IMG/VR virus record: IMGVR_UViG_3300013947_000034
Coordinates: 1 to 64,000 of that record
Length of the DNA stretch: 64,000 bases
Direction: 5' to 3' (one strand)
Source: a virus
Taxonomy: Duplodnaviria; Caudoviricetes
Below the pieces are notes generated by a model, which ran no database searches, had not been told where the DNA came from, and saw nothing but the letters and a program-made list of their open reading frames with translations. Below are positions 33,985-43,037 of this stretch, piece by piece. Each line of letters begins with the position of its first letter. Positions within the stretch are counted from its first letter, which is position 1. The translations under genes and the position numbers were made by a program.

Positions 33985-36900
33985 TTAATACTTTGAATAA
34001 TTAATATTTATATCTTCAAATCTAAAAGGAATATTATCAACATTATTAAATAAGAAACGAGTAACGAAATAACGACCATAAACAAGATTACGTTGGTCAC
34101 TTGCATCACTCAACATCATATCAACTTTAACTTTCTCTTTAGCATTAAGGTCTTTATAATGCTTTCCATAACGTTGAGCTATTTCTTCTCCTTGAAGTTC
34201 TTTACTAATATAATTACGAATATAATTAAAATTCCAAATTCCTTTATCAAAGTAAGGATGTTTATAATCTGCAACACCTTCTTTATTAACTTTGTCATTA
34301 TTAATTATATTATTGATTGCAATATCTAAATCTCCAGTATCATTAGAATCAGTATATATACGAAGAATGTCACCACTATAATGTGTAATATCACCATACG
34401 TTCCATTCCCCATAACTGGCTCAGCCATTCTAGTAATTTTATCACTGGCATAAGCATATACTTTATTAAGGATATAACTGATAGAATTAAGACATTTAGG
34501 AACACTATAATATTCATTGAATAAAACATCAAATATAGCAGGCATTATAGTCTTAGTTACTTCACTATTATCTTCCTGCTTAATAGTAACATTTGTAGCA
34601 TAAGTAGGAAAACCATAAGTAGTATGCCAAAGAGTAAGATAATCTCCAAGTCTAGCGTCTTTGTGAAAACAATATAGATAACTAGATTTACCATCTTCTG
34701 TAGCATAATAAAAATATGGTTTATTCTTAGTATTAGCAGATTTACTAAACTTGTAATCATGAAGACTAACATAATGTTTAGTAGTCATATCAAAACTAAG
34801 AGTAATATAATCTTTAGCAACATCTTTATTATGGTATTTAATGCAAACTATAACTCTGTTATTAACAAAGTCAGTAGTCATATGAGCATCATCAATAATA
34901 ACGTTGTTAAGCCAACCTAATATATCATTACTTAAATCATTGAGTTTATTGTTATCAAAATTATATATTCTAGCATTATCTGCATCAACAAACCAATAAC
35001 CGTTTGCGTTAACCGTCCAAGCTTCAGGATTTTGAAGTCCACCATAACCATGATTACTAGTAAACAACTCTATCGGTTCTACCTCAAACAAATCGGGCAT
35101 TTTTAATTGCGCTGTAACGTCCGATGTCTTGAGGAGGTTATCTCTATTAAGGTAAAACAAAGAATGCTCCGTGTGGACAAAAAAAGCGTTGCCTACGCCA
35201 ACGATATTGGATATGTTGCCCTTCGCCTTAGACAGTACTTTATAGTTGTTCGACTGAAAATGTCGCCAAGCATTAGCAAGACTTTCATCACCTATAACAT
35301 CGCTACGACGAATAGTTGTACGCTTATAACTATCATAGTTTAAATTATCCTTATAATTAGTATAAACTTTATAGGTACTTTCTATATAAGTATCCTTGAG
35401 TTCAATAAGGTCTGTAGCATTGAGTGGTTGAACAATAAAATTCACACTACGTTGATGACTACCTTCTCCGCTTTCATTATCACCAAGAACACCAACTAAA
35501 TAACTAGGTTCTTTCTTAATAGAAACAGCATTAGTATTAATCCTACTAAACTTAGAATAATTAAGCAATCTAGCATATTCAGCAGTTTGTGAAGTCCATT
35601 CCTTAGCAATAGAATTTTCATCATTGATTTCATATACTTTACCAGTATCTGATATATAAACTTTTCTATCATAAATTAAAGCTTTATCGTTAACATAGAA
35701 GGCAGGATAATTAAAATCATAACCATGAACGTAATTGTTAGGGAAATTACTAGCATCGTCACTATCAGCATAACTGTAAGTTTCAACATCATCATGTTTG
35801 TAACAAATAGGACCAAAAGAAACAAGTTGTTTATCTTTCTTACAATATATGTTACGATTGAAAACTATAACATTGCCGACTTCACCAATAGTAGGAATTA
35901 CTTTACCTTTGCTATCTTTAAGACTAAGAACTATGCCACCATCAGAACCAGCAGTATTAATAGCATTCGTTGCCTTATCTGAGTTGATGCTATTAGAAGT
36001 AACAATACCAGCATCATTAATATAAGCTGGATTAGTTGATGGAAGCTCATAACCACTACTTGTAATTTTGTATTCAGGAACATATATAGAACCGTTATAA
36101 TTAACATTACCAGTCTCAACTTCGCTAGCTTTAAATAAACCTACATTATTATTAGTCTTAGCACAATAAGCTTGATAATTATTAGTTACTTCAGGTTTCT
36201 CATAACTGAAGAAGAAACCAACATAACCATCAGGTATTTGAATGTTAGTAAAACCAATTTTAATAGCATACAAAGCACTATCAGATTTATTAAAAGCATG
36301 AGCAGCACCAGTCTTAAATAACTTATCGTTATTATAGTTCTTATAATAACCAAATTGAGTTGATTTAGCATCATTACTTGAACTAGGAGAAATAGCACTA
36401 CTTACAACTTCATAAACAAATTTATCTTTAAGAGTATCAATACTAAGTATATTAGTAAAATCTCTATCATTGCCTGAAGTAGCTCCACTAAGACGTTCAG
36501 CAAGAGCAGTAACGTTTGATATTTGAGTGTCAACAGTATTAGCACCAGTCATAGTAACTGAGTTCATAATACTTGTTGGAAGAATATCGTTTGTGAGTTG
36601 ATAACCGTTAGTGTAAGTACCATCTCTACGAACATAATGAATAAAGAAGTTATATACACTATTAGGCATTAAAGTCCTAACTGCATCTTCAATATTAACT
36701 GTAGCTGAATAAGTTCTAGTATTACTAGCTTTAGTCATTTGAAAACGATTAGGTCTAAAGTATGCAGCAGGCATCCAATCTCCATATATTATTTTACCGA
36801 CATTATCACCACTAAGTTTGTAAGCTCTATTTTTATTACTGCCTCCATTACCAGTACCTAAAGCCGCATAAAATCTATGAGATTTACCATTAACTGGAAT

Positions 36901-38346
36901 ACTAATAATATCAAATGTTGTACCATCAGTATTAAACGCTACCGCAAGACCAGATAATTTTCCTTCAGCTCTCCAACCAATAGAAACATTATCAAACTGG
37001 CTAGCATCATCTTTGTCAGTGCAAACCCAAGTAAAGTAACGTTTAAGCTCACCATAGTCTCTAATGTTAATTACAGCGTGATATGTAACTTTAGTACCAT
37101 CAACTGTAACAATTGTATTACTAGTCGGTTTCTTAATTTCAATTATAGCAGCAAATATAGCATTTGTTGTCCAACTAAATGTATACGCTTCATAAGTTTC
37201 TGTTGTATTAGTAGTTGTAGTTTGACTAGCACAAGCAGAATAAATCATTCTAGCTTTAACTTTATCGGCATAACTTTGAAGGTCAACATTATAATCGCTT
37301 TCATCATAGTTTGCAATATAAAGGCGATTCTCATAATTACAAAGAGTTCTAACATTAAACAGATTAAAACTATTAGCAACTAAATCATCAATATTTGCTT
37401 CTTCAAAATTACTAGCATCAAAAATAAACTCTCTAACATCGAAACTAAACTTACGCCAAATACGTGGTAAAGCAGCATCTTCATGCTTTAGAATATAACC
37501 TATTTGATAAGCTTTATAACTATAGTTATCATCAAAGTTTATAGCAAACTTAAAATTATAGTTACAATCCTTATTATCATTATTATAAATACCATTACAA
37601 CGAGTAAGAGCTAAATTAGTAGAGTCTTTAACGTCATAAACATGATTTATAATAGTTTTATTCTCAAGGTTTACAGCAAAGTATGAAGCGCCTATAGGAA
37701 ACCAATTAGTATAATAATCAGTATCAATTTCATAACGAATAAAGAATTGATAAATACCATTAGGCATACTAACACCAGGAACTTTATCTAGAAGACTAAG
37801 ATTAGCAACTGGAGTATCAGCACATACATTATAAATCTCAGGATTGTCTGTACTAGAGCAACGAGTGAGATTAATAGTCTTCAAAGGAACATCTACTTTC
37901 TGAGTAACATTACGAGTTTCTTCATTATCTTTATCGGTAATTGCAATTTCTCTAGTTACATTATATTCACCAATAGCAATAATAAGCTCGTTATTTACAT
38001 TATAGGTATAAGCTCCAACAATGTCACCACCACTATAATTCCAAGCACTTTGAACTTCGGTCATATCAAGAAGACCAGTATCTACATTTTCAGTGCAACG
38101 ATAAATGTGAGAACTAGCTTCACCAGTATCAGCAAGAAGATAAGAAAGAACAACAAGTTCTTTAGTACATGGTATAATACCAACAATCTTGCCTTCGATG
38201 TTTCCATCAAAAGCAAGACTCATACCTTCTTCATTTGTTACATGAGAAGCATCAGGACTAATCTTAATGTTCTTTGCAAAGACAAAACTACCATTCTTTA
38301 GAGCATTAGGATTCTTATTTAAATTAAGTTCTTTGACTATACTCAT
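33985..38346 (-). CDS. tail stabilization/muzzle protein (P22 gp10-like in crAss annotation), 1453 aa
   Basis: N-terminus LNLNKNPNALKNGSFVFAKNIK, C-terminal HGYGG and RFEDI segments, beta-rich composition; position next to the ring-protein gene. Confidence 0.7.
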   Translation of the reverse strand: MSIVKELNLNKNPNALKNGSFVFAKNIKISPDASHVTNEEGMSLAFDGNIEGKIVGIIPCTKELVVLSYLLADTGEASSHIYRCTENVDTGLLDMTEVQSAWNYSGGDIVGAYTYNVNNELIIAIGEYNVTREIAITDKDNEETRNVTQKVDVPLKTINLTRCSSTDNPEIYNVCADTPVANLSLLDKVPGVSMPNGIYQFFIRYEIDTDYYTNWFPIGASYFAVNLENKTIINHVYDVKDSTNLALTRCNGIYNNDNKDCNYNFKFAINFDDNYSYKAYQIGYILKHEDAALPRIWRKFSFDVREFIFDASNFEEANIDDLVANSFNLFNVRTLCNYENRLYIANYDESDYNVDLQSYADKVKARMIYSACASQTTTTNTTETYEAYTFSWTTNAIFAAIIEIKKPTSNTIVTVDGTKVTYHAVINIRDYGELKRYFTWVCTDKDDASQFDNVSIGWRAEGKLSGLAVAFNTDGTTFDIISIPVNGKSHRFYAALGTGNGGSNKNRAYKLSGDNVGKIIYGDWMPAAYFRPNRFQMTKASNTRTYSATVNIEDAVRTLMPNSVYNFFIHYVRRDGTYTNGYQLTNDILPTSIMNSVTMTGANTVDTQISNVTALAERLSGATSGNDRDFTNILSIDTLKDKFVYEVVSSAISPSSSNDAKSTQFGYYKNYNNDKLFKTGAAHAFNKSDSALYAIKIGFTNIQIPDGYVGFFFSYEKPEVTNNYQAYCAKTNNNVGLFKASEVETGNVNYNGSIYVPEYKITSSGYELPSTNPAYINDAGIVTSNSINSDKATNAINTAGSDGGIVLSLKDSKGKVIPTIGEVGNVIVFNRNIYCKKDKQLVSFGPICYKHDDVETYSYADSDDASNFPNNYVHGYDFNYPAFYVNDKALIYDRKVYISDTGKVYEINDENSIAKEWTSQTAEYARLLNYSKFSRINTNAVSIKKEPSYLVGVLGDNESGEGSHQRSVNFIVQPLNATDLIELKDTYIESTYKVYTNYKDNLNYDSYKRTTIRRSDVIGDESLANAWRHFQSNNYKVLSKAKGNISNIVGVGNAFFVHTEHSLFYLNRDNLLKTSDVTAQLKMPDLFEVEPIELFTSNHGYGGLQNPEAWTVNANGYWFVDADNARIYNFDNNKLNDLSNDILGWLNNVIIDDAHMTTDFVNNRVIVCIKYHNKDVAKDYITLSFDMTTKHYVSLHDYKFSKSANTKNKPYFYYATEDGKSSYLYCFHKDARLGDYLTLWHTTYGFPTYATNVTIKQEDNSEVTKTIMPAIFDVLFNEYYSVPKCLNSISYILNKVYAYASDKITRMAEPVMGNGTYGDITHYSGDILRIYTDSNDTGDLDIAINNIINNDKVNKEGVADYKHPYFDKGIWNFNYIRNYISKELQGEEIAQRYGKHYKDLNAKEKVKVDMMLSDASDQRNLVYGRYFVTRFLFNNVDNIPFRFEDININYSKY

Positions 38347-38351
38347 AATTG

Positions 38352-39110
38352 TTATCTTCTTGGGTCAAAGGTTGAATTATAGAAGAAGTTTCTCCAACCT
38401 TCATCATTATACATATCATTACGAACAGAAGCAATAGCTTTAGTTTTTAAAGCTTGCCATTGAAGATAAGGATTAGTAACAGGACTATTACTTTTCAAAT
38501 CATAAACTTGATGATGACTTCCACGACTAAGATATTTATAAAGAATATAATAAACTATAGCCTCAAGTAAAAGACCGTTATCATAAACATAAGGAACTTC
38601 ACAATCATAATACTCATCATAATATGTCATAGGTTCATAACTTTCTACAGTAATATTATCGGTATCAAAGTTAAGTTCAATATGTCCATTATCGGTTATT
38701 ACAAAGTTACGATTAGTATCTCTATTAATAACTTTACCAACTCTCATAAAATTAACTCCAGTTGTATTAGTATCATCAATAATAGCAATTTCAGAATCTA
38801 ATTCATTATTATTGTTTGAATTAAGTTCTGAACTACAACAACTAGATGTATCTTCAAGTTGCTTTATTTCGCAACCGTTATTGTCATAAACTTTAATTTC
38901 TGTAGCATTAAGCTTACAAGGAAATATAGCTATACGACTATGAACTTCTAGTTTACGTTTCTTCTTTGCCATTGGAAGACACTTCATTTGACTAAGAGCA
39001 TCAATAATCCAAGCAGCAGCACGAGGAATCCAATCGCTCTCGCTTAGGTTAAAGTCATTATCAACTTTGCCTACTATACGCTGCATAGTAACTTTTTGTT
39101 TGACCTTCAT
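38352..39110 (-). CDS. tail tubular/ring protein
   Basis: DNDFNLSESDWIPRAAAWIIDALSQ N-terminus, typical of the crAss tail ring gene preceding the muzzle gene. Confidence 0.6.
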   Translation of the reverse strand: MKVKQKVTMQRIVGKVDNDFNLSESDWIPRAAAWIIDALSQMKCLPMAKKKRKLEVHSRIAIFPCKLNATEIKVYDNNGCEIKQLEDTSSCCSSELNSNNNNELDSEIAIIDDTNTTGVNFMRVGKVINRDTNRNFVITDNGHIELNFDTDNITVESYEPMTYYDEYYDCEVPYVYDNGLLLEAIVYYILYKYLSRGSHHQVYDLKSNSPVTNPYLQWQALKTKAIASVRNDMYNDEGWRNFFYNSTFDPRR

Positions 39111-39999
39111 TTCTTATGTATTTAGTATATAATGTTTTATCTGCATCAAGACAAAGAGTAAGTTTAACTTTAAGACCCATTGAAATATTCATTATTTCAT
39201 CAGTATTGCCATGACACCTTTCAACTATCTCTGCATTAGTAAGTTTTCTAACACTAGTGTCACGATAATCAATAGCTTCAACTTTTAAACTCTTACCATT
39301 AGGTACGTGCGATTGACATAAACAAAACTCATACCAAGCATCAGGTTGTCTATAAACTCTAGGGTCAACAGCATCATAAGGAATGCCATTCTTCTCACAG
39401 AACTCAGCTTCATCTTTATTCCATATTTGTTTACCTTCAGCAATAAGTTGTTCACGTCTTCTACGAGTACCTTGGAAATCACATATTTTACTACCAGTAT
39501 TAAGAACACGATTAAAACATAACCAACCTAACTTACCTTCAAAACGATAACCATAACCATCAAGAATAAGAAAACGTTGAACTTTCTCATAATAAGTCTT
39601 GATTATAGCTTTATATTGAGCAGGACTTAAAGCAAGTATCTTCTTACATAGCTCAATCTCTTTCTCTAACTCTACTATCTTTCGTAAATCGACAGCATAA
39701 CCGACTAGTTGAAAACAAAGATGTTTAAGCTCCATATCGTTACGAGTATCAGCATACAAACCTTTAGCAGCAGATTCAAGTCTACCATTAATATATTTAT
39801 TTTGTTGAAACTCTGGATAATCAATAATAGGATACTTAAACTTATCAACATTAGGAACAATAGCAGAACGTTTATCTTTAATAGAACCAATAAGAATATC
39901 ATAACTAATTCTAGCTCTTTCAAGTCTTACACTAAAAGCATCGTTAGCATCTTGCTGATATTCTTTAAGTCCTTTAGCTTTAAATCTAATTGCAGTCAT
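39061..39999 (-). CDS. IHF/HU-like domain protein
   Basis: YKAIIKTYYEKVQRFLILDGYGYRFEGKLGWLCFNR resembles the IHF-like domain seen at this locus in crAss-like phages. Confidence 0.5.
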   Translation of the reverse strand: MTAIRFKAKGLKEYQQDANDAFSVRLERARISYDILIGSIKDKRSAIVPNVDKFKYPIIDYPEFQQNKYINGRLESAAKGLYADTRNDMELKHLCFQLVGYAVDLRKIVELEKEIELCKKILALSPAQYKAIIKTYYEKVQRFLILDGYGYRFEGKLGWLCFNRVLNTGSKICDFQGTRRRREQLIAEGKQIWNKDEAEFCEKNGIPYDAVDPRVYRQPDAWYEFCLCQSHVPNGKSLKVEAIDYRDTSVRKLTNAEIVERCHGNTDEIMNISMGLKVKLTLCLDADKTLYTKYIRNEGQTKSYYAAYSRQS

Positions 40000-40002
40000 A
40001 GC

Positions 40003-40689
40003 TTAATATTTAATTGTATTAGGTACTTCATCAGTTTCATGATGATTATTAATTAATTCTCGCTTAGTAATGATTTCTTTAATTTGACCAATCATATCTT
40101 CACTAAGCAACCATTCATTACTATCATAAAGCTTATCTTCATCAGTAAGTTCTCCATTAATTTCAGCTATTTGATTAGGATGCTCAAAAGCACTTTCGAT
40201 AATAATAGCGTCAACTGGAACAACTTTATTAGCAGCACTAGGAAAAAGATAAATATATCCATTAATGTAGTCATAACTAATAGCACCACATAAACCAGGA
40301 ACACTATCTTTAAATCTAGCAGTAGTTTCTTTAATATAAGGAAACTCTCTATTAGTTTTATAACCAACTGAACTAACTCTATCAAAAGGAAGATTATTAG
40401 TAAGTCTAACTGGTCTTGGAACCTTTTGTAAAGTTCTCTTTATCTTATCAAGAGGAAGACCTTCATAATCTTCAGGAAGTTCTATATCACCATCATTAAC
40501 TGTAGTAAGACTAACTCTAAAACGTTGAGTAAGTATTTTATCAACATAAAGATGATTCTCATAACTTCTACGAATAATCTCATTACGAGTATGAATAATA
40601 AGATTACGAATACGATTACGAAGACTATGATTATTAGGTTGACCCATACTATGAGCAATCTCACTAACAAGCATATTTATACTAGCCAT
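40003..40689 (-). CDS. tail tubular/ring protein
   Basis: MASINMLVSEIAHSMGQ...RNLIIHTRNEIIRR N-terminus; GYIY and WLLSEDMI motifs; synteny. Confidence 0.6.
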   Translation of the reverse strand: MASINMLVSEIAHSMGQPNNHSLRNRIRNLIIHTRNEIIRRSYENHLYVDKILTQRFRVSLTTVNDGDIELPEDYEGLPLDKIKRTLQKVPRPVRLTNNLPFDRVSSVGYKTNREFPYIKETTARFKDSVPGLCGAISYDYINGYIYLFPSAANKVVPVDAIIIESAFEHPNQIAEINGELTDEDKLYDSNEWLLSEDMIGQIKEIITKRELINNHHETDEVPNTIKY

Positions 40690-40716
40690 ATCATTATTAA
40701 TTTAATTATTAATGAA

Positions 40717-40773
40717 AGCCGCCCGGTAAAAGGTATAACAATGTACACATACAATACCTTTTACAGGGCGGCT
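40717..40773. repeat. inverted pair of the 20-bp motif, 17-bp spacer
   Basis: AGCCGCCCGGTAAAAGGTAT (40717-36) and ATACCTTTTACAGGGCGGCT (40754-73). Confidence 0.95.
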
Positions 40774-40789
40774 AGATTCACTATTCTTA

Positions 40790-41296
40790 TTACTTACTAG
40801 CTGGAGCATTAGCACCATCACTAGTATTCTCTTTAGCAATAAGGAAGTCAAGAAGCTCAAGTATACCAACATTAAAATCAGTAGTAACAAAAGCTTTGAT
40901 TAAATCATCTTCCTTAATAGGAGTAATTTGAACAGCAATAACTTTCTCATCAAGTTCTTTAGTAAACTTCTGAATCTTCTTATTAGCAGCATCAAAATAC
41001 TCAATTACTTCAGCACGTTGTTCATTATCAGTACGAGTAAAAGTATAATCACCACTAGATTGTTTAGCCTCTTTCTTCTGAAGTTCTTCAAGAAGTTTAT
41101 TCATCTTATCATCATCTTCTGATTTAAGAGACTCTTTAGCATCTTTAATAGCATCTTCATAAGAAGTTGCAGTAGCTTTTAAACTCTTAACATTCTTCCA
41201 AATAGCAAGTACTACTTCAGCAGGAAGTTCTTTAGTCTTAATTTGCTTGAGTACATTATATGCACTAACAGCATTAATTGTTTTTACTTTAGCCAT
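40790..41296 (-). CDS. hypothetical helical protein (tail-fibre-associated in Bacteroidota phages)
   Basis: 168-aa ORF with native codon usage and a -7 box TATATTTG at 41334-41341 on the - strand. Confidence 0.7.
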   Translation of the reverse strand: MAKVKTINAVSAYNVLKQIKTKELPAEVVLAIWKNVKSLKATATSYEDAIKDAKESLKSEDDDKMNKLLEELQKKEAKQSSGDYTFTRTDNEQRAEVIEYFDAANKKIQKFTKELDEKVIAVQITPIKEDDLIKAFVTTDFNVGILELLDFLIAKENTSDGANAPASK

Positions 41297-41414
41297 TGTA
41301 TTATTTATTTTACTAGTTTAATTTTGACTGGCACAAATATATTAATAATATATTATTATATAACTACGTTATATATATAATAATATATTTTAATATAATT
41401 GTGTCAGCGTTATA

Positions 41415-41717
41415 CTACTCGGTTACTACTGTAACTTTGTCAGGGTCAGAATTGACAGCCTTAATAAATTCACTTACACCACTTGAAATGCTATTCATTT
41501 CATCACTATCAGTAGTCTGATAATTGATATTAAGATTATTAGTTCCGTAATAATTGAAACTAGCAACTTGATTGTTACCATCACTAGTAACACTTCCACT
41601 ATCAATGTTTTCAATGTTACCATTACGAACACGAACATCACCACTAATTGTGTGGTCACCAACAGTAGCTTCTACATGAGAAGTTACACTTACAATTTTA
41701 GTTACTTTTAAATCCAT
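41415..41717 (-). CDS. small beta-rich tail-associated hypothetical protein
   Basis: 100-aa ORF directly downstream of the variable receptor-binding gene. Confidence 0.65.
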   Translation of the reverse strand: MDLKVTKIVSVTSHVEATVGDHTISGDVRVRNGNIENIDSGSVTSDGNNQVASFNYYGTNNLNINYQTTDSDEMNSISSGVSEFIKAVNSDPDKVTVVTE

Positions 41718-41753
41718 AATTAATTTATAATTAAATAATTAGTATATAATTTA

Positions 41754-43037
41754 TCAATTCATAATATAACTACCTCCTGGAGGAACTTGTTTCCAACTGC
41801 CATCTATATTAATTTCAAAAGACAATTCACATCTTTGTCCCCAATAACCACCTTCATAAACATTGTCAAATCTAATATATATATTAACATAACTTGTTTT
41901 ATCTCCTTTAGGAATAGTTACAGAATTTATATTTTGACCAGATACATTAGAAACATAACCTCTTCCATATATTGTTTTAGTATAATTGTTATATTTACAA
42001 ACACTTCTAAACAAACCATCAGTAACAGTAAATGTATTATCAGGAATTTTATATATTGTTACTTTACAAATACAAGTACCACCGATTAATGTTTTTAATG
42101 AGGAGAAATCAACAAAATCACTAGCACCACTTTTAATGCTTTCCATATAAATTAGTCTAGGATAATATTTAAAATAAATACTCCCAGCAGGAGATATAAA
42201 AATTATTTTTGTATTATCATATAAATTTGCATTACGAGTATACGCTAAAAAAGGTACAATGGTAACATATTGGTCTCCACTACCTACATCAAAAGTTATT
42301 TCTTTACTTGCATATATATAATCTGTTGGTTCTTGACAATTAGCTACATAATAATTTTTATAAATCTTATCCTTAGTATTATATGGTGAATTATAACAAA
42401 TTTGAACCCAAAAAGACCATGCTAAATATAAATCAGGTATTATATCATCCATAGTAAGATTTTTAGTATCATCAATATTTGTATTCTTATATAAGATACA
42501 GTTATATTTAATAGTTGAAGAATAATAAACTTCAATACTTCTTAAAATAGGAAGAGAGGTTAGAAACGTATTTGACTTTGCTTTATTATTATAGTTTCTA
42601 AAATCACCTAATCTATAAGGAGAATTAATACCACCTTTTGGAAAATGTTTTCCTGATACACTTGTGGTCATATTATCTTTAACATATCCAGTAGCACCGT
42701 ATACATTATCTATATAAAAGGTATCACACGCTTTAATTACAAAGCCTTCTTTACCATAATTATTGTATAAATTTTTATAAGTGTCCATAGGTATATTCAT
42801 ACCACAACGAACAACACAATTATAGTTATTATAAGAAGATGTTGTAGTTTCATCAGAGTCTTCTCTAATAGGATATTCTTTAAAATCTCCTTTACAATTT
42901 ATAGGTTTGAATCTACTCCATATATTTATATTCTCACTCTTACACAAAGTAGCTAAATCATTACTTGATTCACCTAATGCGCTCTTAACATCATCAATAC
43001 TAACAGGAGCATTAATGATTCCATTATTATACGGCAT
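41754..43037 (-). CDS. putative receptor-binding/tail-fibre tip protein with a variable C-terminal region
   Basis: N-terminus NGIINAPVSIDDVKSALGESSNDLATLCKS...INIWSRFKP is a recurrent Bacteroidota-phage fibre-associated module; the remainder is very AT-rich and N/Y/I/K-rich. Confidence 0.65.
   Translation of the reverse strand: MPYNNGIINAPVSIDDVKSALGESSNDLATLCKSENINIWSRFKPINCKGDFKEYPIREDSDETTTSSYNNYNCVVRCGMNIPMDTYKNLYNNYGKEGFVIKACDTFYIDNVYGATGYVKDNMTTSVSGKHFPKGGINSPYRLGDFRNYNNKAKSNTFLTSLPILRSIEVYYSSTIKYNCILYKNTNIDDTKNLTMDDIIPDLYLAWSFWVQICYNSPYNTKDKIYKNYYVANCQEPTDYIYASKEITFDVGSGDQYVTIVPFLAYTRNANLYDNTKIIFISPAGSIYFKYYPRLIYMESIKSGASDFVDFSSLKTLIGGTCICKVTIYKIPDNTFTVTDGLFRSVCKYNNYTKTIYGRGYVSNVSGQNINSVTIPKGDKTSYVNIYIRFDNVYEGGYWGQRCELSFEINIDGSWKQVPPGGSYIMN

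Noticed and set aside
41754-43037. Diversity-generating retroelement
   Set aside because: No reverse transcriptase and no template repeat found in this window; it cannot be excluded elsewhere in the genome.
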